From an uncultured bacterium (lineage in GTDB: Bacteria > Planctomycetota > UBA1135 > GCA-002686595): DNA of 64,000 nt. A model generated the notes under the pieces. The model made no database searches. It saw only the letters and a program-made list of their open reading frames with translations, and was not told the origin of the DNA. The DNA lies in contig CALSNU010000001.1 in the NCBI GenBank assembly GCA_943787795.1, forward strand, positions 544,001 to 608,000, read 5' to 3'. Positions 29,685 through 38,739 of the stretch are shown here, one piece after another. The position numbers and the translations under genes are program-made. Position 1 is the stretch's first letter, and every line of letters starts with the position of its first letter.

Positions 29685-30902
29685 TTACTGGAAGGTGATC
29701 CCGATCGAGCTGGAGAAGTTCGAGGAGGCCGCGCCACCGGGGGCGGCGTCCCTGTGCCAGAACTGCCAGTTCTGCCGGTCACCGGGCACGAGCACGGTCG
29801 AGCCGCCGCCTGCCACGGGGATCGACGCGAGGTCCGGCTGGAAGAAGACGGACCCCAGCCCGGCGTTGAGCACCTGCGTTGAGTAACGGCCTGCGGCGCC
29901 GAGGCAGAGGTTGCCGAGGGAGCCGCCGGGGTTGGCGGCGAAGCCGGTGGCGGGGGAGGTGATGAAGTAGCCCAGGGAGTTGAGCGGGAGGTCGACGACG
30001 TAGAGCCTGACGTCGTTGTCGATGGCGATCGGGCTGCCAGAGGCGCACAGCGTCGCGGGGCTCCCGGAGCTGTTCACGGCGCCGGCGCATCCCTGCTCCC
30101 CGAGCAACGGGAAGAGGTTGACGTCTCCGAAGCAGGCCGTGAGCGCGTAGGCGCTGAAGCCCTCACCGTTCTTCAGGAACACACGGATGACGACCGCCTC
30201 GGCTGCGGAGGGGTTGGTGGTGTTGACGTACATCACGGACTCGTTGTCCGTGGTCGAGCTTGAGCTGGCGAGGACGTTGCCGGTGCAGGTCCCGCCCTGG
30301 AACTCGAGGATCTCGACGTCGATGTCTCCGAGCGAATGGTCGAAGAGCAGGTCGACCTGGATCTGCACGTCGGCCCGCTGCAGTCGCGCGACGAAGTAGT
30401 CCTCATCGCAGCCCGTGACGACGAGGTTCGGAGTCGTGAAGTCCGTGATCGCGATGAGGGATCCGCTCTGGCAGTCATCGTTGTCCTCGAACGGGTCATC
30501 CACGACCTCGACCAGGTCAATGTTCAGCTCGTAGGGCGCAGCGTTCGCGGCGAGGTCCTCCACGAGGACGACCATCTGCCTGGGAGCGCCGCCGCAGTCG
30601 AAGTAGTCCAGGGGCTGTCCGGAGGCCGTAGCGAGGGGAGCGCCGCACCCGAGCTCGAAGAGCGTCAGCGTGGGGGTCGCCGCGGATGAGATGGCCTCGA
30701 TCTGGATGGAGGCGTTGGCCGGGACGTCAAAGGCGAAGTAGTCGGGGTCGGGTCCCAGGGTCAGGTTCGGCGTCGTCCCCGGGAGGACGAGCGGCGGAGC
30801 GGCGCAATCGTCATTGGGCTCGAAAGCGTCCTGTGGGAGGCACAAGGAGACTGACTGGAGGGCGATGGCAACCGTGGCAGCGGCGCAGACTCTGTGAAAC
30901 AT
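29685..30902 (-). CDS. Secreted protein with two PPC-like/Ca-binding beta domains and a conserved C-terminal domain
   Basis: Signal peptide; repeated 'D.FE.NDDC' and 'D.DYF' motifs; C-terminal 'C....NSSG...LCLG...QFWHRD...SNFS'. Confidence 0.75.
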   Translation of the reverse strand: MFHRVCAAATVAIALQSVSLCLPQDAFEPNDDCAAPPLVLPGTTPNLTLGPDPDYFAFDVPANASIQIEAISSAATPTLTLFELGCGAPLATASGQPLDYFDCGGAPRQMVVLVEDLAANAAPYELNIDLVEVVDDPFEDNDDCQSGSLIAITDFTTPNLVVTGCDEDYFVARLQRADVQIQVDLLFDHSLGDIDVEILEFQGGTCTGNVLASSSSTTDNESVMYVNTTNPSAAEAVVIRVFLKNGEGFSAYALTACFGDVNLFPLLGEQGCAGAVNSSGSPATLCASGSPIAIDNDVRLYVVDLPLNSLGYFITSPATGFAANPGGSLGNLCLGAAGRYSTQVLNAGLGSVFFQPDLASIPVAGGGSTVLVPGDRQNWQFWHRDAAPGGAASSNFSSSIGITFQ

Positions 30903-31106
30903 GAACTCGGAGTGTGGTGGGGGGAGCGGCATGCTCCGAAGGTGAACTCGCCGAAGGCTAGTCGGGTATTGGACTCGGTGCGGCGGATTGGGCCAGAGGC
31001 TTGTGCCGGGGTGCAAGAATGAGATGGGAGAGGCCCAAATCGGGCAGGATGAGGGCTCATTTGAGGGTGGAGACGCCCCCCTGCGGACTAGGATGGGTCC
31101 AGATTC

Positions 31107-31673
31107 ATGGTCCATCTCAGCCGCATTTACACCAAGTCAGGCGACACCGGTACGACCCAGCTGGGCGACGGATCCACCCTCCCCAAGCACCACCTGAGGG
31201 TCTCGGCTTACGGGAACATCGATGAGCTGAACAGCGTCATCGGGATGATGCTGGTACGCGACGTCGAGGGTCCCACGGCGACCCGACTCCGCCAGGTCCA
31301 GAACGACCTCTTCGACGTGGGCTCCGACCTCTGTGTTCCAGGGGAAGCGGGCGAAAAGCTCCGGATCACGGCGTCCTACGCCGAGCGACTGGAGGCGTGG
31401 ATCGATGAGGTGAACAAGCGGTTGACGCCGATTGACTCCTTCGTGCTTCCCGGCGGCTCCTCCGCAGCGGCATGGCTCCATATGGCCCGTACGGTCTGCC
31501 GGCGCACGGAGCGCTCGATCGTCGAACTCTTCGCCCGCGAAGAGGGCGGGCGCGTGAACGGGGAGGTCCTGAAGTACGTGAACCGGCTCTCGGACCTCTT
31601 CTTCGTCCTCGCGAGAGAGGCCAACGACGGCGGGAAGAGCGACGTGCTCTGGGTGCCAGGTCAGAACGGCTGA
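31107..31673 (+). CDS. pduO: ATP:cob(I)alamin adenosyltransferase (PduO type)
   Basis: 'IYTKSGD.G.T','AYG.IDELNS','FVLPGG','RTVCRR.ER','Y.NRLSD..F..AR'. Confidence 0.93.
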   Translation: MVHLSRIYTKSGDTGTTQLGDGSTLPKHHLRVSAYGNIDELNSVIGMMLVRDVEGPTATRLRQVQNDLFDVGSDLCVPGEAGEKLRITASYAERLEAWIDEVNKRLTPIDSFVLPGGSSAAAWLHMARTVCRRTERSIVELFAREEGGRVNGEVLKYVNRLSDLFFVLAREANDGGKSDVLWVPGQNG

Positions 31674-31722
31674 GCGTCCCGATTCGGGATCGCGACACCT
31701 CGAAGACGGCACCGACATTCTG

Positions 31723-32340
31723 ATGGGCTTTCCGCTGGACCATGCAACGCCGACGGCCTGGGTCTCCCTCGTCGAGCGAGAGCCCGAGAGGCTCCTTGAA
31801 GATCACGCCCACTGCGAGTTGAAGGCGGCCTCATCGGCCCACGCGCTGATCGCCAAGAACCCTGAACACAGCGAGCTGGTCCAGGACCTCGCTGATATCG
31901 CGATCGAGGAGCTGGAGCACTTCAAGGTCGTGGTGTCCGAGCTCGAGGCCCGCGGCGGCCGCCTCGGAGAGCAGACGGAGAACCGGTACGCGGCCTCGTT
32001 GCATCGCCGCTCTGCCGAGAGCCGGCAGAGCCTGGTGCTGGATCGGCTCGTGATCGCCCACCTGATCGAGGCCCGCAGCCTGGAGCGCTTCCACCTCCTC
32101 GCGGAGCACTCCACGGACTCGCGACTCCGGGAGCTCTTTGCCGAGCTCCTCCCCTCGGAGGCCGCGCACCAGGGCTTCTATGCCAAGGCCGCGCGGAGCC
32201 TCTTCGGCCGAGAGCAGGCGGAGGCGCGCATCGCCCACCTGCGGCGGGTCGAGGGGGAGGTCATCTCGACGCTCCCGTTCTCTTACACGGTGCATTCGGG
32301 AATGGTCGGCGCGCCGAGTCTGTCGCCAGCGGAGCGATGA
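31723..32340 (+). CDS. miaE: tRNA-(ms2io6A) hydroxylase MiaE
   Basis: 'L.DHAHCELKAA','EELEHF','IEARS.ERF','SEA.H', C-terminal 'VHS'. Confidence 0.9.
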   Translation: MGFPLDHATPTAWVSLVEREPERLLEDHAHCELKAASSAHALIAKNPEHSELVQDLADIAIEELEHFKVVVSELEARGGRLGEQTENRYAASLHRRSAESRQSLVLDRLVIAHLIEARSLERFHLLAEHSTDSRLRELFAELLPSEAAHQGFYAKAARSLFGREQAEARIAHLRRVEGEVISTLPFSYTVHSGMVGAPSLSPAER

Positions 32341-32618
32341 GCGGGTCCCCATCGGAGGCGCGCCTCGTCCTCCTCGAGGGGCGGGTGCAGGGCGTGGGCT
32401 TTCGCTGGCATGCCCGGTTGGAGGCGCGGGCGCTGCAGGTCGCCGGGTGGGTGCGGAACCTCGAGGACGGAGGGGTTGAGGCGCATTGTGAGGGGGACCC
32501 GGATCGGGTCGAAGAGCTCCTCGGTTGGCTCGAGATGGGGCCCGCTGGGGCCAGGGTCGACCGGGTCGATGTTCGTCGCGCCGAGGTCGAGGGCCATGGC
32601 GGGTTCGAGATCCGATGA
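32337..32618 (+). CDS. acyP: Acylphosphatase
   Basis: 'GRVQGVGFR','GWVRN..DG.VE','GP..ARV'. Confidence 0.93.
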   Translation: MSGSPSEARLVLLEGRVQGVGFRWHARLEARALQVAGWVRNLEDGGVEAHCEGDPDRVEELLGWLEMGPAGARVDRVDVRRAEVEGHGGFEIR

Positions 32619-32678
32619 TCGGGCGACGAGCAAGCTCTGGCCGTGACCTGGGGCAGCGCCGGGCCTAGGCTTCTCTGC

Positions 32679-34340
32679 ATGGCTCTTCACGTCGCTTGGC
32701 TGCTGCTCGCCGGGCTCCTGCTGCCGCAGGAGGTCGCTCCGGCACGCCCCGAGGACCTCACCCCGGCGAGCTGGAACACCGAGGGCGAGCTCCTCCCCGC
32801 GGTCGAGCTGCCCCGGATCGACGGCCGAGGGACAGTCAACCTCGGCGAGCTCCGCGGCCGCAAGCTCCTCTTGATCCACTTCGCCTCCTGGTGAGCAGGG
32901 TGCCGGAGGGACGTGCCGGTCTGGTACGAGAGAGTGCGGCCCTTGGTCGAGGCCGGCGCGCTGCAGATCATCGGCATCGTCCAGGAACAGCATCCGGATC
33001 GTGCGCAGCTCTATCAGCAGTGGAAGGGGCTGGACTTCCCGATCCTCTGGGATCCGTTTGGCCTCTCGGGCGTGGAGGCGGTGCCGGACCTGACCGCCGT
33101 CGACGAGCACGGGGTCATCCGCATCGCCCGGCCAGCCCCTAAGCTGTTCGAGACGCAGTTCATGGAGGGCTTCATGGGCAGGAGCTTCGAGGCGAGTGAA
33201 GGGGAGCCTGTGCCAGCGACCTTCTTCCAGGTGAACGCGTCGGCGCGCCTGCGGGGGGACCTCTCGACGGAGGATCGGGCGCGGAGAGCGATGGCCCGCC
33301 TGATGCTGGCGGGGCCAACGGCCCGCACGATCGACGGCGAGGTCGATGCGCTGGCGTCGGCGGCGGTCGAGGGGCAGCCTCGCGATCGGTTCCGCGCGGG
33401 GGTCGGCCTGCGGATGCGGTTCGACGGGCCGCAGGCGCGTGCCGCAGACCTCCAGCGCTCCATCGACGCCTGGTTCTCTGCGCTCATGGCCTCGCCGAAC
33501 CAGTACATCTGGCGGCGCCGGATTCAGCAGTGGGGCCCAGCGCTGGACAAGCCCTACGCCTTCTACGACTGGGTGGGCGTCGCCCGGGCGGACATCCAAG
33601 CCCGCGGTGAGCGTCCCGTGCGGCTCCTCGCTTCGCTCTCAGGTGCCGAGCGAGCCCAGAGCTCGCGGGCGGTCCCGGTGCTGCGCAGTGGGGCCGTGGA
33701 GCCCGACCCCGAGGACCGGATCACCCTGGACTCCGGGAGGCTCGTGCGCCTCGAGCATGCGGTGGCCTTGAATACCGCGGTGGTGGGACCGCGGATCCGC
33801 GTCCCTCGGGGATCGCTCCGGCTTCACGTGGTCCTTCGGCCGCGTCAGGGGGCCACCTGGCCGGTGGACGCGGACCCGCCGGTGCTCTGGTTGGAGCCGG
33901 GCGAGGGATGGCTGCTGGCCAGCTCGCTCGTCCCCTTTCAGGCCCCAGGCGTCGGTGGAGAGGGACGCCCCCTGATCGCGGACCTGGAACTCTCGACCCC
34001 GCTGAGGATGCTGGCGCCGCCGGACCCCAGCGCCCCACCCCCCGCGGCGACGGCGACGCTCCGCGGCTATGTGCTCTATTCCGTCTGCGAGGCGGACGGA
34101 ACCTGCGTCTTCCGGCGACAGGAGCTGGAGGCGGTCGTCCGCTTCCCCGATCCGCGGCGCGGAGATTCACCTGCGGACGAGGCCCAGGGGGACGAGGCCC
34201 ACGGGGATGAGGCCCAGCGGGGCGAGACGCAGCGGGGCGAGGCGCAGCGGGACGAGACGCAGCGGGGCGAGACGCAGCCGGACAAGGCGCAGGCGGACGG
34301 GGGTGATGGGGAGAGCCAGAAGGGGGGCGCGGATCGGTGA
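32679..34340 (+). CDS. Selenoprotein: secreted TlpA/redoxin (UxxC) + helical domain + DsbD-N-like C-terminal domain; TGA 32892-32894 read as Sec
   Basis: ORFs 32643-32894 and 32913-34340 are in frame and joined by TGA GCA GGG TGC: 'LRGRKLLLIHFASW-U-AGC-RRDVPVW', matching the TlpA 'F.A.WCxxC' motif; SECIS-like hairpin downstream. Confidence 0.88.
32912..32928 (+). promoter_or_regulatory. Putative bacterial SECIS element
   Basis: Stem CGTGCC/GGTACG (one G-U pair), loop GGTCT, with 23 nt between the UGA and the loop. Confidence 0.8.
34176..34295 (+). repeat. 15-bp coding tandem repeat, 8 units (DEAQG/GETQR)
   Basis: gacgaggcccagggg ... ggcgagacgcagcgg units at the selenoprotein C-terminus. Confidence 0.85.
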
Positions 34341-35350
34341 CGATGAGCGGGCCCCGAAGGACGCTTCTCCTGATCGCGATGGCCATGGGCGCCTGCGCTG
34401 GGCCGAGCTCTGATCCGGCGCACCGGGTCCGCGGGCCGATCGCCGCGCGGATCCTCCAGCCCGCTGCGCTGATCTTTCCGTCGCCGCGCCCGGCGCGGGC
34501 GAGCCTCCCGTCGAGCGGAGACGGGCGTGCGCTCATCGACCTTCAGTACTCGTCCATCTTCGAACAGAACGCGAGCGCTGCTGGCGCCGCGAACTTCGAT
34601 GGTGAGGTCGGGCGTCTGGCAGCCAACATTCTCCTCGGCTTCGGTGAGGGCGTCGCTCTGGGTCTGGAGCCCTCCCTCTTGTTTGCCTCCAGCGGCTTCC
34701 TTGACGCGACGGTGGACGCGTTCCACCAGCTGACAGGCCTCCCTGGAGGAGGTCGGGAGAACGCTCCTCGGGACCAATACGGGATGTCGCTGGAGCGGGG
34801 TGGCGTCACCGCGTGGTCCCTCGAGGAGGACGAGCTCCTCCTCGGCGATCTTCCGCTCACGGCGATGATGACCGTGATCGACGAGGGACCGGGCCAGCCC
34901 GGTATCGCGGCGCGCTTCACCGTGGAGTTACCCACCGGGAGCGAGTCCCGCGGCTCGGGGAGCGGCGGCTGGGATACCGCGGCGGGGGTGGTGCTCGAGA
35001 AGTCCTCAGGCCGCTGGACGTTCACAGGCCACCTCGACGGTGTCCGGGTGGACACGCCGCGCGGGTTCCTCGACGCCGGGCTCGACGTGGACTACCTCCT
35101 CTTCGCGGGCACCGGTGTCGAGTACCGGTGGTCCGACGAGACCTCGCTGCTCCTCCAGCTCCAGTACCGCTCCCCGTTGACCACTGACCTTCCCCTCGAG
35201 GAGATCGATCGCGAGATCATGGACGTTGGCGTGGGCGTGGCCCACGACCTGAGCCGTGAGAGCGCGCTCACGATCTCGTTCCATGAGGACGCGGTCGCGG
35301 CCTCGGGCCCCGACTTCACCCTGTACTTCGGCCTCACGTTCGGCTTCTAG
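34337..35350 (+). CDS. Outer-membrane beta-barrel lipoprotein, DUF3187-like
   Basis: Lipobox-like 'MGAC'; 'GFLD..VD.FH...GLP.G.R', 'LPTG', C-terminal 'PDFTLYFGLTFGF'; GTGA overlap with the selenoprotein gene. Confidence 0.7.
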   Translation: MTMSGPRRTLLLIAMAMGACAGPSSDPAHRVRGPIAARILQPAALIFPSPRPARASLPSSGDGRALIDLQYSSIFEQNASAAGAANFDGEVGRLAANILLGFGEGVALGLEPSLLFASSGFLDATVDAFHQLTGLPGGGRENAPRDQYGMSLERGGVTAWSLEEDELLLGDLPLTAMMTVIDEGPGQPGIAARFTVELPTGSESRGSGSGGWDTAAGVVLEKSSGRWTFTGHLDGVRVDTPRGFLDAGLDVDYLLFAGTGVEYRWSDETSLLLQLQYRSPLTTDLPLEEIDREIMDVGVGVAHDLSRESALTISFHEDAVAASGPDFTLYFGLTFGF

Positions 35351-35363
35351 CCGGACGGGGGCT

Positions 35364-36512
35364 TCAGTCCGCGATCAGCTCCGCCACGGCCTCGGCGTGG
35401 CGGGCGCCGTCCTCTTCACCGACCTCCATGAGGCACCGAATGTAGTCACCCTGGAAGAGGATCGTCGAGAGGAGCTCCTGGGACCTCGCGCGGCGGGTAC
35501 CCCAGCGCCTCGTGAGGAATCGGAAGGTGCCCGGGAGCCTTGGCTCGAATTCGTTCGCGAGGCTCGCGATATCCCTCGAGGGCCGGATCACGAGGCACTT
35601 GATGGGCCGCAGGTGCGAACGTTGCTCAGGCGGGAGCTTCTCGACCAGGCCGTTGATGCGCTCGAGGTGCATGGCGTCCTGATCGAGCACGTCGAGGAAC
35701 GTGGCGCTCATCAGGTTGCCCAGGATCTGCGCGGCGCGCGGCGGCCCCTTGAAGCGCGGCTCGCGCGCCTCTGCCTGGGAGGGGCGAAAGCGCGTGGAGA
35801 TGGCCAAGACCCGGTCCGCGCCGAGGTGGACCGCGGGGGCGAGGGGCGCGGTGAGGCGGACGCCTCCGTCGCCGTACCACTCTCCGTCGACCTCCACGGG
35901 CGCAAAGAAGAGGGGGAGGGCCGCCGAGGCGAGGATGTGGTTGACCCGGAGGTTGGTCCGGACGCTGTGGCGCAGGGGCCGCTCCCAGTTCCTGAATTCT
36001 CTGCCGGCGGTGAACGAGACCGTCTGCCCGGTGGAGTAACGAAGGGCGATCAGGGCGATCGCCTTGAGCCTGCCGGAGTCGAGATTGGCCTGGATCCCGG
36101 GCAGCCCCTGTCCCCCGAAGGACCTCTCCAGGAAGCGACGGAGCGGCGTGCTGTCGACCATCCCGTCCAGGGGTTGGAGCGTGGGCGCCCAGCCGGTGGC
36201 GAGCCGCATGCCGATACAGGCGGCTCGATGGAGGAGCGCGAGCCCGCGCGTCTCGAAGACCGAGTTCACGTCAATGCCGCGCCACAGGGCCTGGAGGTGC
36301 TCGGCGGCCTCCTCGAAGGTGGCCTCGCTGTTGCCGAGGTGCGCCGCGTTGATCGCCCCGGCGGAGATGCCGGTCAGGATCGAGGGGGCGAGATCCGGGT
36401 GCGCCCTCGCGAGCCCGCGCAGCACCCCGACCTGGTACGCGGCCCTCGCGCCGCCGCCGAAGAGGGTCAGGGCGAGCCCGTGCTGCGGCACATCTTGGCT
36501 GGGGCTGGACAT
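35364..36512 (-). CDS. Patatin-like phospholipase
   Basis: 'GGGARAAYQ.G', 'GISAG', 'DGG'. Confidence 0.9.
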   Translation of the reverse strand: MSSPSQDVPQHGLALTLFGGGARAAYQVGVLRGLARAHPDLAPSILTGISAGAINAAHLGNSEATFEEAAEHLQALWRGIDVNSVFETRGLALLHRAACIGMRLATGWAPTLQPLDGMVDSTPLRRFLERSFGGQGLPGIQANLDSGRLKAIALIALRYSTGQTVSFTAGREFRNWERPLRHSVRTNLRVNHILASAALPLFFAPVEVDGEWYGDGGVRLTAPLAPAVHLGADRVLAISTRFRPSQAEAREPRFKGPPRAAQILGNLMSATFLDVLDQDAMHLERINGLVEKLPPEQRSHLRPIKCLVIRPSRDIASLANEFEPRLPGTFRFLTRRWGTRRARSQELLSTILFQGDYIRCLMEVGEEDGARHAEAVAELIAD

Positions 36513-36633
36513 CGGATGACAAGCGTGGCGGGGACACGGTCGGCCCGGCGTCGCTCATCACAGTCTGCGGCCCAGGAGGCCGCTTCCGGAACCTCGAACA
36601 GGGCGAAAGGGGTGGGGGCGCCTGCCCCCGAGC

Positions 36634-36975
36634 TCAACGCTCGAGCCGGACCTCCAGCGCGCCGCCGCCGTTGATCTCCCGGACCCCGGTCACGCCCAGC
36701 CGCTGCCCCTCGGGCCCCTGGAGCCAGCGGGTCATGGCGGGCTTGAGGATCCCGTTGCCCCCCTTGCTCCCGTAGCCCTGACCCGTGATCACCTGAACCG
36801 GGCTCCTCCGGACCGCGCGGCAGCGCGTCAGCTCCTCCAGGAGCCTCCGCTCGGCTTGCTGGACCGTGCAGCCGTGAAGGTCCACCTCGTGGATGGCCGG
36901 AGCTTCCTCCTGCTCGCGGCCTCGATCCAGATCTGGATCGAACCGGCGTCTGCGGTTTCGATTCCCGGAGGCCAT
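36634..36975 (-). CDS. Stand-alone Smr-domain protein
   Basis: 'VDLHG.T...A','VITG.G..S..G..ILK','NGGGAL.V.L'. Confidence 0.88.
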   Translation of the reverse strand: MASGNRNRRRRFDPDLDRGREQEEAPAIHEVDLHGCTVQQAERRLLEELTRCRAVRRSPVQVITGQGYGSKGGNGILKPAMTRWLQGPEGQRLGVTGVREINGGGALEVRLER

Positions 36976-37073
36976 GTCTCCTATATCGGCCAGGATGGTC
37001 CCAGAATAACGCCCCGGTCGGTGGAATCAGTGCCACCGAGAACCGTCGACCTCAGTCACCCCGCACAAGAGCG

Positions 37074-37295
37074 ATGACCCTCCCCCGCCTTAGCCAAGCC
37101 CTCCTGGCCCTCCTCGCCCTCCCGATCTTCGTCGCCTGCGCCTCGAACGAGACCTCCGCCCCCGCGCCCGTGGGCACGGAGGTGAAGGCGAGCGTTGAGA
37201 CCCAGGAGCTCGATCCGAACGACCCCAACGTCGAGCAGTGCCCGGTGACGGGCGCGCTCCAGCTCAAGTCGGACTCGGGCAAGAGCCCGCACTGA
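37074..37295 (+). CDS. Small lipoprotein with a 'CPVTG' motif
   Basis: Lipobox 'FVAC'; 73 aa. Confidence 0.6.
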   Translation: MTLPRLSQALLALLALPIFVACASNETSAPAPVGTEVKASVETQELDPNDPNVEQCPVTGALQLKSDSGKSPH

Positions 37296-37441
37296 GCCTC
37301 CCCGCGCCGCGCCTCCTGGCGGCGGATTGCCAAGGCCAGCCCAGTCGGCCCGATCAGCCTGGTCAGCCCGGGCGGCGACGTGGCTCACCGCCCCTGTCGG
37401 ACGGGTGGGGTCGAACGAGCGTCGCGGGCAGGCTTCGGGAC

Positions 37442-38392
37442 TCAGCTGGCGAGCGCCGCGGCGATGCAGGCGACGTCCACGATGTCCTCGGCGCTGCAGC
37501 CGCGAGAGAGGTCCATGAAGGGACGCTCGAGACCCTGAACGAGCGGGCCGAGTGCCGTCGCGCCCGCGAGGCGCTGGGTCAGCTTGTAGGCAATGTTTCC
37601 GGCGTCCAGGTCCGGGAAGATCAGCACGTTGGCCTGACCGCCGAGGGGCGATCGGGGGGCCTTGCGCTCGGCGACGGCTGGCACGATGGCCGCGTCGACC
37701 TGGAGCTCCCCATCGCTCGTCAGCGCTGGCGAGCGCTCCTTGAGCATCGCGGCGGCGGCGCGCACCTTGTCCACATGCGGGTGCTCCGCTGAGCCCTTGG
37801 TCGAGAACGAGAGGAGCGCGACCTTGGGTGCCTCGCCAACCAGACGCCTGTGACTCTCCGCCGTGGCGATGGCGATGTCCACCAGCTGCTCTGCGCTGGG
37901 GTCCGGGACGACACCGCAGTCACCATAGGTGAGGGCGCGGTCCGGGAAGACCATCAGGAAGCAGGACGAGAGCGTCTTCATCCCGCGCTGGAGGCCGATC
38001 ACCTGAAGCCCGGCGCGCAGGACGTCGGCGGTCGCCGCTTCCGACCCGGCGACCCCGCCCGCGCAGTCGCCTGAAGCCACGAGCGCGGCGCCAAAGGTGA
38101 GTGGGTCGCGCATTCGCTCCGCGGCCTCTTCAGGCGTCATGCCCTTGGCCTTACGGCGTTCGTGGAGCGCCGCGGCGAATCCCTCCGCACGGCTGTCTCG
38201 GAGCGGGTCGACGACCTCCACCCCGGCGGGCACGTTCCCCATCCCCCGAGAGGCCACGAGGACCGGCTGCACGAGGCCCTCCCCGGCGAGCCGCGTCGCC
38301 GCCTGGACCACGCGCTCGTCCGAGGCCTCGGGCAAGACCACCCTGGCGTTCGAGCGGCGGGCGCGCTCGCGGAGCTCGAGGAGCAGGTCCAC
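37442..38392 (-). CDS. pta: Phosphate acetyltransferase (short form)
   Basis: 'VVLPE..D.RV','DC.V.PDP..EQL','[10 protein letters not shown]','DGELQ.DAA','[11 protein letters not shown]','DLSRG'. Confidence 0.92.
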   Translation of the reverse strand: MDLLLELRERARRSNARVVLPEASDERVVQAATRLAGEGLVQPVLVASRGMGNVPAGVEVVDPLRDSRAEGFAAALHERRKAKGMTPEEAAERMRDPLTFGAALVASGDCAGGVAGSEAATADVLRAGLQVIGLQRGMKTLSSCFLMVFPDRALTYGDCGVVPDPSAEQLVDIAIATAESHRRLVGEAPKVALLSFSTKGSAEHPHVDKVRAAAAMLKERSPALTSDGELQVDAAIVPAVAERKAPRSPLGGQANVLIFPDLDAGNIAYKLTQRLAGATALGPLVQGLERPFMDLSRGCSAEDIVDVACIAAALAS

Positions 38393-38394
38393 GG

Positions 38395-38739
38395 TCAGCG
38401 CTCCACGCTCTGGAGGACCTCGTCGGGGATATCCATCTCCATCCGGAGGAGCGCGAGCCCGTGGGTCTTGCCCTGGGCATCGGTCTTCAAGGATGCCGAG
38501 CCTCCGCCGCCGAGGCTGTCCTCGAGCAGGAAGTTGAGCACGCCCATGTTGGGGGCCTCGAAGCGGCGGACGCCGCCGTGGTTGATGCCCTTGAAGTGCT
38601 CCTGGACGACCTCCTCGGTGAGGGCGTCGCGGAGGAACCTGTAGGCGGCTTCGGAGCGCGCGATGACCCCGACGTTGGAGCCCTCGCCCTTGTCACCCGA
38701 GCGGGCGTAGGCGATCTGGTCGAGCGTGGCGTGAGTCAT
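38395..38739 (-). CDS. AtuA-like small ferredoxin-fold protein
   Basis: 'A.ARSGDKG..SN.G.IA','V.RFE.P....LNF','LGGGG..SL..D.QGK'. Confidence 0.85.
   Translation of the reverse strand: MTHATLDQIAYARSGDKGEGSNVGVIARSEAAYRFLRDALTEEVVQEHFKGINHGGVRRFEAPNMGVLNFLLEDSLGGGGSASLKTDAQGKTHGLALLRMEMDIPDEVLQSVER

Noticed and set aside
34176..34295. Repeat array as CRISPR
   Set aside because: Contiguous 15-bp coding units with no spacers and no cas genes.
35364..36975. Patatin + Smr nuclease as an anti-phage (CBASS-like) module
   Set aside because: No cyclase or other defence gene nearby. Both look like ordinary housekeeping family members.
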